Shown here in pieces: positions 17,016 to 24,465 of a stretch of 64,000 nucleotides of DNA. This stretch comes from Dehalococcoidia bacterium (GTDB taxonomy: Bacteria > Chloroflexota > Dehalococcoidia > Lucifugimonadales > UBA3495). A program made the position numbers and the translations under genes. The stretch covers positions 1,230 through 65,229 of the forward strand of contig JAJDTP010000011.1 in NCBI GenBank assembly GCA_022827095.1, read 5' to 3'. Position 1 is the stretch's first letter. Each line of letters opens with the position of its first letter. The notes below the pieces were generated by a model. The model saw only the letters and a list, made by a program, of their open reading frames with translations. It had not been told where the DNA came from and ran no database searches.

Positions 17016-18551
17016 TCACCTCCGGCCGTTGTAGACGTAGTGGGGTGAGCCCAGGGCCGGCGGGCGGCTGCGGTAGAATTGCTCGACGTAGGGCGACAGG
17101 TGCGCCGCCATGCGTCGGGTGGCCAGCGTTTCGGGTTCCACGGGGCGGGCCAGTTGCTCGCGCAGTTCCCGGGCTACGTCGGCCTTGTTGGCGCGGGTGT
17201 GGACGCCATCCTGCAGCAGGACCTCGCCGTCGACGACCACCGCTGTGATGTCGCTGGATTTGGCGCGCCCGAGCACGAGTTCCAGTGGGGGCAGGTCGTC
17301 TTCCAGGTAGGGGTCCTCCAACCTGTCCAGATTTACCAGCACCATGTCGGCGCGGCGACCGGGCTCCAGCGTGCCGATTTCATTGCCGAAGCCGGTCGGC
17401 GCGGCGGCGTTGGCGCTGGCCATGGTGAGGACCTGGTCCATGGTGATGGCCGGCTGTTCCAGGCCCGGTTGGCGGTGCAGCTTGCTGACCAGGCGCATCT
17501 CCTGGAGAAAATCATCGTCGTCGTTGATGGCGGTGCTGTCGGTGCCCATAGCCACATTGACGCCACGGGCCAGCATCGGGTTCACCGGCGCGATGCCGTT
17601 CTTCAGGCGTAGGTTGGAGCTGGCGTTGTGGGCAACGGTGGCCCCTGAGTCCGCCAGCAGGTCGATGTCGCGCTCGGTGAGCCAGACCGCGTGGGCGAAG
17701 GAGACCTCCGGCCCAAGGAATTCCAAATCCTGCAGATGCTCAACGGGCGTCTTGCCCCAGGTTCGGATGCCGTAGTCCTTCTGATAGGGGCTTTCCACCA
17801 GGTGCATGTGGATGCCGGTCTGGTACCGGGCCGCTTGCTCCTTGCACCGCACCAAGAAATCGTCGGAGTTCCATTGCGCGTTGGCCGGGCTGAACAGCAC
17901 CCGGACCTTGCCCGACGCATGGTTATGATACTCCGCGACCATTGTGTCGCAGAAGGCAAAATAGTCATCGTCGCTCATGTGGGCAACGGACAAGTATCGG
18001 CGCACATCGTCGGCGAGATCGGCCGGCAGCCCGCTCAGGAAATCATCGTCGCCGGTGTAGACCACGCGGTTCTGGTTGCGCAGGTAGCTGGAGAATGCCA
18101 CGCGCATGCCGGCGTCCAGGAAACCGCGCAGGACGGCGTCAACGTCTTCCTTCAGCGTGGCCGCCGCCGTCTGCGGGTGGTTGTACATCACCGTGGTCTG
18201 GCCTGACTCCAGCATGTTCAGGGCGGTGTACAGCGTCATCAGGTAGTGGTCGTAGGGACGGCGACCCCAGCCGGCGAGGATCCACACTTCCAAAAGGTCG
18301 TCGCAGGTGCCCATCTGCAGCGTGGTCACGCCGCGGCCGTGGTGGTGAGTGTTCACCAGGCCGGGGATGATGGCGTAGTTCGGGCCGCCCAGCTCGGTGT
18401 CGGGCTGATGTCGTTGCCGAAGTTCCCGGTACGGGCCGATGTCACGAATGAGTCCGTCCTGCTGGTAGATGGCCGCGTCGGCGATGGTGGTCACGCCACC
18501 GGCACTCTGCGGAGTGATGATGTGCTTGCCGCGTATCAGTGAGGAGGCCAT
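17016..18551 (-). CDS. amidohydrolase-1 superfamily aminohydrolase/chlorohydrolase-like protein
   Basis: 511 aa. It has the metal motif GLVNTHHHG plus HMHLVES, VAHN and GTDS. This places it in the SsnA/AtzA/guanine deaminase-like branch; the substrate cannot be inferred. Confidence 0.85.
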   Translation of the reverse strand: MASSLIRGKHIITPQSAGGVTTIADAAIYQQDGLIRDIGPYRELRQRHQPDTELGGPNYAIIPGLVNTHHHGRGVTTLQMGTCDDLLEVWILAGWGRRPYDHYLMTLYTALNMLESGQTTVMYNHPQTAAATLKEDVDAVLRGFLDAGMRVAFSSYLRNQNRVVYTGDDDFLSGLPADLADDVRRYLSVAHMSDDDYFAFCDTMVAEYHNHASGKVRVLFSPANAQWNSDDFLVRCKEQAARYQTGIHMHLVESPYQKDYGIRTWGKTPVEHLQDLEFLGPEVSFAHAVWLTERDIDLLADSGATVAHNASSNLRLKNGIAPVNPMLARGVNVAMGTDSTAINDDDDFLQEMRLVSKLHRQPGLEQPAITMDQVLTMASANAAAPTGFGNEIGTLEPGRRADMVLVNLDRLEDPYLEDDLPPLELVLGRAKSSDITAVVVDGEVLLQDGVHTRANKADVARELREQLARPVEPETLATRRMAAHLSPYVEQFYRSRPPALGSPHYVYNGRR

Positions 18552-18562
18552 GGTTCACCCCG

Positions 18563-19474
18563 TCAATCGGTTTGGGACTGGTACCAATCGATAATCTCGG
18601 AGCCAGTGGCGGCCCACACGCCGCCTTGCCGCATCATGTATCCCAACGCTTCGTCCACCGCGCCGACGCGGAAAGGTTGCCCCACCAACCAAGGGTGCCA
18701 GTTCAACGCCATCAGCCGGCCGTGGGTGGCACCGTCGGTGTGCAGCACGTCGAAGCTCTCGGTGAGACGGCGCTGGTAGTCGGACACCGTGACCTTGCGC
18801 TGCGCCATGGAAGCCACATCGTCCAGTTCATACAGCAACGGCAGCGAGAAGAAGGGGTTGTCGCCGGTGGTCATGGGATAGGGCTGCTCGTCGTTGGCCC
18901 AATCGCAGACGTAGCGCAGGCCGGCCTCCGCCAGCAGTTGCGGAGTGCGGTCGGACTCGCCATATTCAGGGCCGAACCAGCCCTGTGGCGCCTTGCCCGT
19001 GGCTCGCGTCAGGGCGTCGACAGAGGAGCGGATGTATTCGCGCTCCTCGCCTTCCGGCATGTTGCCAGTGATCATGCGGCTGACCGACACGCCGTGACCG
19101 ATGATTTCGCAGCCGCGATCCAGGCAGTGCTGCACCAGAAACGGGTAGTTTTCGGCGGTGATGGCGTCCATGGCGATGGTTGCGGTGATGCCGTGCTTTT
19201 CCAGCGTGTCCAGCAGCCGGAAGATGCCGATGCGGTGACCGTATTCCCGATGGGAGACGCGAGCATAGTCGGGGAACGCCCGGGGAGCGGAGCCGCCGGC
19301 CAGGCCCGCGACCTGGTAGCTGCCCTCCGGCGCCTGCCACTCCATGTGCTCCAGCACCAGGACAACGCACAGGGCCACCCGAGCGTCGTTGGGCCAGCGC
19401 AGTGCCGGCCGGCTGATGATGGGCGACCACTCGTGGTGCGGGTGGTCCATGCCGAAAGTGCGTTGAGCTGGCAT
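18563..19474 (-). CDS. polysaccharide deacetylase (NodB-homology, PuuE-like) family protein, paralog 1
   Basis: 303 aa. Pattern: REYGHRIGIFRLLD, GHGVS, GWFGPEYGES, LLAEAGLRYVCDWANDEQPY. Confidence 0.8.
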   Translation of the reverse strand: MPAQRTFGMDHPHHEWSPIISRPALRWPNDARVALCVVLVLEHMEWQAPEGSYQVAGLAGGSAPRAFPDYARVSHREYGHRIGIFRLLDTLEKHGITATIAMDAITAENYPFLVQHCLDRGCEIIGHGVSVSRMITGNMPEGEEREYIRSSVDALTRATGKAPQGWFGPEYGESDRTPQLLAEAGLRYVCDWANDEQPYPMTTGDNPFFSLPLLYELDDVASMAQRKVTVSDYQRRLTESFDVLHTDGATHGRLMALNWHPWLVGQPFRVGAVDEALGYMMRQGGVWAATGSEIIDWYQSQTD

Positions 19475-19555
19475 ACGAGAAGATCTCCTGAATACTTGAA
19501 ACGTGTCGCGGCGGTCGTTAAAGGAGCGGGTGGCTCCAGGCGTGCGCCCGGGATT

Positions 19556-20710
19556 CTACGGATAGAGACGGTTCAGGTTGGCGTTCCGGTCGGGATCGAG
19601 GTCTCGGCCGGCCAGGGCGGGATGATCGGGACCGTATCGGTGGGCACGAAATACGGAGTTGGCCTGACCCGTGATGGAACCGCCCACGCCGAAACCGCTC
19701 TGCCCCATGAAGGGATTGACGTACTCCCATACGATTTCTTTGGCGGATGTCACCTCGAAGATGCGTCCAGGGGCGCCCTCGCAGATCAGCGTGTTGCCGT
19801 TGGGCAGCCGTTCCGCCCCGCTGATGTGATAGCTGTAGAAGGATATGGGCGGGTCGCCCCGGTATTCCCAGGCAATCTCATTCGTAGCGTGATCCACTTC
19901 AATCACCCGCGAATGGGTGAACTCCCGCTTGTGCGGCCCGTTGTCGAAGAGAAGCACGTTCCCGTTGGCCTGCATCGTCGGATGATGCTGGCGGGAGATG
20001 TTGCCGGGCCCCCACTTCCAGCGGAACGAGCCACTGGACTTGTCGACAATGCCCACCGTATCGGTCTGTCGGAAACTGACCAGCAAGTCCCCTTCGGGCG
20101 TGACGTTGAGGGCGTTCTGGTGTGTCCATTCCCCGCGCCCTTCTGGGAAGCCGATCCGGTCCTCCTCCGGATCCAAGTGTTCCCACGATACCCACTCGTA
20201 CACCATGTCGCCCGCCGGCGTGATCTCGCGGACGACGTCGCCCAGCATACCTCGGGCCTCGCCGTCATCATGCCCGCCTTTCACCCGCTGCGAGATATCC
20301 TCGGGGATAACTTCCCACGCCAGCACGAGGGTGTTGCCGTTGGGCAGACGTTCGAAATCGTGGTGCAGTAACGGGTACCGGTACTCCCAGACCACGTTGC
20401 TGTCCCAGTCCAGCTCCAAGATGGCTCCGGACGCCGTTCGACCGCCCCGGGGCAGCAATTCCAGAGCCGGATGCTGCTGGAACGAGACTTCTTGTCCAGC
20501 CGGGCCGGTGCGCAGCAGCAGGTTGCCGTTGGGCAGCAGATATGAGTAGCTGATGCCCTGGTCGCAATTCCATCTGTGGCAGATGCGGCCCTCCATATCG
20601 ATGAGCCGCGATTCCTGGCTGTTGAGGTTGGTCACCAGGGTGTAGCCCCGGTACGCCTGACGGGGCGCGTAGTGAATTAGACCGTTCGGATGGTTGTTGG
20701 ACCAGCCCAT
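19556..20710 (-). CDS. arylsulfotransferase (ASST/Arylsulfotran_2)-like beta-propeller protein
   Basis: Trimmed to ATG 20710 (MGWSNN). It carries repeated LPNGN-type blades, HQNALNVTPEGDLLVSFR, HHPTMQANGNVLLFDNG and EIVWEY. No signal peptide is seen. Confidence 0.7.
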   Translation of the reverse strand: MGWSNNHPNGLIHYAPRQAYRGYTLVTNLNSQESRLIDMEGRICHRWNCDQGISYSYLLPNGNLLLRTGPAGQEVSFQQHPALELLPRGGRTASGAILELDWDSNVVWEYRYPLLHHDFERLPNGNTLVLAWEVIPEDISQRVKGGHDDGEARGMLGDVVREITPAGDMVYEWVSWEHLDPEEDRIGFPEGRGEWTHQNALNVTPEGDLLVSFRQTDTVGIVDKSSGSFRWKWGPGNISRQHHPTMQANGNVLLFDNGPHKREFTHSRVIEVDHATNEIAWEYRGDPPISFYSYHISGAERLPNGNTLICEGAPGRIFEVTSAKEIVWEYVNPFMGQSGFGVGGSITGQANSVFRAHRYGPDHPALAGRDLDPDRNANLNRLYP

Positions 20711-20825
20711 AGAATTCTCCCGTTGCTGCAATTGGCGCGAATAGCGCAGGCCCAACTGATTTTCGTCGCGGGGTGGAGCGCATAACCCCGGCCGGATTGC
20801 TGCGCTGCGCTCGCTACGACAATTC

Positions 20826-21740
20826 CTATGCTGTGAAGCGTTGCGCGTGTTCCATGGCCTGGTCGTAGTAGTTGGCGATGTAGTACTCGGCGATCTCGTC
20901 GGCGGTGGTCTGCCAGACGCCGTCGTGGGCCATGATGTGATCGAGGATGTCCTCAAGGTACTTGATGCGGTGTGGCTGGCCGATCAGGAAGGGGTGCAGC
21001 GCGATGCACATGACCCGGCCGCTCTCGGCGCCCTCCTCGTACAGGCGGTCGAATTGCGCCTTGCAGATGTCGGCGAAGTACTCGGCGGTGTAGTGGTTGT
21101 CCCGCAGGACGGACGAGTCGTTCAGCTCGATGGAGTAGGGAACCGACACCAGTTTGCCGCCGTTGTGCACCTTGATGGGCGTGGGCTGGTCGTCGTGGAA
21201 CCAGTCGGTGTGGTAGATCAGGCCCGCCTCGGCCATCAGGTCCGGGGTGCTCACGCTGCCGGAGATGGCCGGGCCCAGCATTCCCTTGAGTTGCTTGCCG
21301 GTGTGGCGCTTCAGTGTCTCGATGGTGTCCCGGTAGAATTCCCGCTCCTCGTCCTCGGTGTACGTGTAGAGGTATCGGGTGTTGTAGATGCCGTGGCTCA
21401 TATAGTCGTAGTCGCGCTCGACCATTGCCTCGGCGATCTCCGGAAAGTGTTCCAGCACCGCCATGTTCAGCGAGATGCAGCACTTGATGTTGTGCTTGTC
21501 CAGCGGCTCCAGCATGCGCCAGAAACCGACGCGGTTGCCATAGTCGCGGTAGGTGTACTGCTGCACGTCGGGATAGGGCACCCGAGGCCAGGGATCGCGC
21601 ACGCCTTCGTTTACGGGCGTGTACTCGTAGTGCTCGATGTTGGGCGAGATCCAGAGGGCCACCCGGGCCTCGTTGGGCCACTTGATGACAGGCCGGTCGA
21701 TGATGGGCAGGTAGTCGATTCGGTCGGGAGGCAGAGCCAT
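20826..21740 (-). CDS. polysaccharide deacetylase (PuuE-like) family protein, paralog 2
   Basis: Trimmed to ATG 21740 (MALPPDRIDYLP). Pattern: RDYGNRVGFWRML, SHGIYN, TPDLMAEAGLIYHTDWFHDDQP. Confidence 0.8.
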   Translation of the reverse strand: MALPPDRIDYLPIIDRPVIKWPNEARVALWISPNIEHYEYTPVNEGVRDPWPRVPYPDVQQYTYRDYGNRVGFWRMLEPLDKHNIKCCISLNMAVLEHFPEIAEAMVERDYDYMSHGIYNTRYLYTYTEDEEREFYRDTIETLKRHTGKQLKGMLGPAISGSVSTPDLMAEAGLIYHTDWFHDDQPTPIKVHNGGKLVSVPYSIELNDSSVLRDNHYTAEYFADICKAQFDRLYEEGAESGRVMCIALHPFLIGQPHRIKYLEDILDHIMAHDGVWQTTADEIAEYYIANYYDQAMEHAQRFTA

Positions 21741-21760
21741 GGTGTTGCTCCTTCGGTTTT

Positions 21761-21805
21761 CTGGATTCCGGCTTTCGCCGGAATGACGAAATGACGCCGG
21801 AATGA
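21761..21805. repeat. REP-like hairpin repeat, family 1 (GTCATTCCGG..CCGGAATCCA), plus a tandem half-copy
   Basis: CTGGATTCCGGC-tttc-GCCGGAATGAC occupies 21761-21787 (8-bp stem), and GCCGGAATGAC is repeated at 21795-21805. The reverse complement matches the copy at 24833-24860. Confidence 0.55.
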
Positions 21806-21828
21806 CGGAAATGAATTGCTGACAGCGC

Positions 21829-22809
21829 CTAATCCAGGAAACCCGATTCGCGGCGCCACTGGACATAATCGGTCAGGCCGGCGGCCAGGTCGTACTGCGG
21901 GACCCAGCCCAGGTCGTGCCACAGGCGGTAGCCGGACAGCGGGCCGCGGGTTGGTCCCAGGGAGGACTCCGCCGGCTCGGCATTCTCGGACTCTACGATG
22001 CGGGTCTCCGGGAACAGCTCGGCCAGCGTGCGCTGGATCTGCGCTCCGGTGACGGGCACGCCGTTGGTGATGTTGTACAGGTCGTGGGGCAGCTCGGGCG
22101 CATCCACCACGGTTGCGATGGCCGAGCCGGTGTCCAGGACGTAGGTGTAGTCTCGCCCGAAGTCGGTGGTGTCGAGCGTGATGGGTTCGCCCCTGAGCAT
22201 CGCGCCGGTCCACTGGTAGGGAGTGGACATGTTGTCGCGGTGGCCCGTGATGCGTTCCATGGGGCCGTAGGGTGTGCTGACGCGGAGGCTGGCCGTGCTG
22301 AACCCGTGCAGCTCGCCGTAGCGCTGGGTCAGCTGCTCGCTGGCGAGCTTGGTTATCCCGTAGAGGTTGCCCGGCTGCGGGTGGTCGTCCTCGTTGTAAG
22401 TCTGGTCAGGATCGCGGCACAGGCCGTAGGCCGCGCCGGAACTGATGTACACGAAGCGCTGGACGCCGATCTCCCGGGCCAGTTCCAGCAGGTTGCCGGT
22501 TCCGGTCAGGTTGATGTCCAGTATCTCTTTGCTGCGGGCGGTTTCCCGGTCGGTGCGGTTGACGGTGAACACCGCAGCGTGGACGATCTTGTCGATGGAG
22601 TGGTCACGCCGCAGAGCGTCGAGGCCGGCCGTGTCGAGGATGTCGCCGACGATGAAAGTGACCCGTTCGGCCAAGTCTCCCAGGAAATGCTCCATCAGCG
22701 CGTCGGCGGCCAGCACGTCGTAGCTGACGACCTCGTGGCCGCGAGCGGCCAGTTCCCTGACTATGCTCGCCCCGACGAAGCCGACGCCGCCGGTTACCAG
22801 GGTTGCCAT
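21829..22809 (-). CDS. NAD-dependent epimerase/dehydratase (extended SDR)
   Basis: Trimmed to ATG 22809 (MATLVTGGVGFVGAS). YxxxK is present as YGITK. The gene is divergent from the UDP-glucose dehydrogenase gene. Confidence 0.85.
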   Translation of the reverse strand: MATLVTGGVGFVGASIVRELAARGHEVVSYDVLAADALMEHFLGDLAERVTFIVGDILDTAGLDALRRDHSIDKIVHAAVFTVNRTDRETARSKEILDINLTGTGNLLELAREIGVQRFVYISSGAAYGLCRDPDQTYNEDDHPQPGNLYGITKLASEQLTQRYGELHGFSTASLRVSTPYGPMERITGHRDNMSTPYQWTGAMLRGEPITLDTTDFGRDYTYVLDTGSAIATVVDAPELPHDLYNITNGVPVTGAQIQRTLAELFPETRIVESENAEPAESSLGPTRGPLSGYRLWHDLGWVPQYDLAAGLTDYVQWRRESGFLD

Positions 22810-22971
22810 AACGTGGTTCTCCCTGAAGCGCAATGACCCGGTAAGCAAACCAGGTCGATTGCGGGTTTGATTGGTGGCGCCAGTATGCCGACCGACGGGC
22901 GGGAATTCAACCGGGCGTTTCGCAGGCGAGCGCTCAACAATGCGGCTGGCAGGAAGTGCGGACGCACTGCC

Positions 22972-23001
22972 TTGACACCGGAATCGGCGCAACCCGACAA
23001 T
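22972..23001 (+). promoter_or_regulatory. candidate promoter for the UDP-glucose dehydrogenase gene
   Basis: TTGACA (22972-22977), an 18-nt spacer, then GACAAT (22996-23001). Confidence 0.3.
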
Positions 23002-23052
23002 TGGTGCGGGATGCATGCCCCGTCAGCATGGAAAATAAGGAGGCGACCCGCC

Positions 23053-24390
23053 TTGAATATCACCGTAATTGGCCTTGGCTACGTGGGGATGGTGGCTGCA
23101 GCCTGCCTGGCCGCCGCCGGTCACCGCATACTTGGCGTCGACATAGACAGTGAGCGCATTACACAACTGAGATCCGGGGCCATGCCCTTTTACGAACCCG
23201 GTTTGCACGAATTGGTTGTTTCGGCGTTGTACGAGGAGCGTCTGCGTTTCAAACATCCGGACAGCGTCACCGAACCGCTGGGCGAGATCACCCTGATCGC
23301 CACGGGCACACCTCAGACCGCCAACGGCGCGGCGGACCTGAGCCAGGTCAGATCCGCCCTGAACTGGATCAGATCGCAGGACCACGACGACACCCTGGTG
23401 GTGATGAAGAGCACCGTGCCTCCCGGCACGGGCCAGCGGGTGATCGAGCAGGAGATGCGCCATGCGGAGCGCGTCGCCGCCGGATTGCGCTACGTATCGA
23501 ACCCTGAGTTCCTGCGCGAAGGCCAGGCCGTACGCGACTGGCAGCAGCCCGATCGCATCGTCATCGGCGCCAATCCTGGAGACAGCAGGTCGGTCGCGTT
23601 GGTGAAGGCCATGCACGCCGGGATCGAAGCGCCGTACATCGTCACCGACATCACCAGCGCGGAGATGATCAAGTACGCGAGCAACGCATTCCTGGCGACC
23701 CGGATTTCCTTCATCAACGAGATAGCGTCGCTGTGCGAGCGGGTGGGCGCGTCCATCGACGCCGTCAGCGACGGGATGGCCATGGATCCCAGAACCGGCG
23801 GGCGGATCTACGCCGGCGTTGGATACGGGGGTTCCTGCTTCCCCAAGGACGTGAGGGCGCTGGATAACGTTGCGCTCACCAGCGGGGCGAACGTGGAACT
23901 GCTGCGGTCGGTGATCAATATCAACAACCGCCAGAGGTTGCTGCCGGTGTACGCGCTGCGGGAACGATTTGGCGGCGGCATGGAGGGCCTGCGCGTGGGC
24001 GTGTTGGGTCTGGCGTTCAAGCCCAACACCGACGACGTTCGCGAGGCGCCCTCGCTGGACATGATCAACACGCTATGTGACGACGGGGCCATCGTCAGCG
24101 CATACGACCCGGAGGCCATCGACACCGCGCGACCGCACCTGCCGTCGTCCGTCCGGTTGGTGGACAACCTGCTGGAAGCGGCTAACCAGGCCCAGGCTGT
24201 CGTGCTGGTGACGGAGTGGCCGGAGTTCGTCGACGCCAACTGGCAGGACATTGCCCGCTGCATGAACCCGCCGCGCTTCGTGTTCGACGGGCGCAACGCA
24301 TTGGACGGCGCGAAGATGCAGCGCCTTGGTTTCCAGTACGTGGGCGTGGGCCGAAACGGAAACGGCCCGGGAACTGCCCAGGCCGTGTAG
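23053..24390 (+). CDS. ugd: UDP-glucose 6-dehydrogenase family protein
   Basis: TTG 23053 is preceded by AAGGAGG. Motifs: NITVIGLGYVGMVAAACLA (NAD binding), GGSCFPKDV (catalytic Cys) and AFKPNTDDVREAP. The ORF-track start at 22867 is trimmed. Confidence 0.9.
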   Translation: MNITVIGLGYVGMVAAACLAAAGHRILGVDIDSERITQLRSGAMPFYEPGLHELVVSALYEERLRFKHPDSVTEPLGEITLIATGTPQTANGAADLSQVRSALNWIRSQDHDDTLVVMKSTVPPGTGQRVIEQEMRHAERVAAGLRYVSNPEFLREGQAVRDWQQPDRIVIGANPGDSRSVALVKAMHAGIEAPYIVTDITSAEMIKYASNAFLATRISFINEIASLCERVGASIDAVSDGMAMDPRTGGRIYAGVGYGGSCFPKDVRALDNVALTSGANVELLRSVININNRQRLLPVYALRERFGGGMEGLRVGVLGLAFKPNTDDVREAPSLDMINTLCDDGAIVSAYDPEAIDTARPHLPSSVRLVDNLLEAANQAQAVVLVTEWPEFVDANWQDIARCMNPPRFVFDGRNALDGAKMQRLGFQYVGVGRNGNGPGTAQAV

Positions 24391-24465
24391 CGGGCGGCGA
24401 TCCCGTGAAGGCGGTCCTCTCGGTATCCCGGGACTACGCTGTGGTTCGCGTCGAAGGCGCTCCAA

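Noticed and set aside
18539-20371. 610-aa ORF on the plus strand
   Set aside because: It runs antisense to two well-supported genes (PuuE-like deacetylase and ASST-like propeller). It is Ala/Gly/Arg/Val/Pro-rich with no recognisable motifs. This is a typical shadow ORF of high-G+C DNA.
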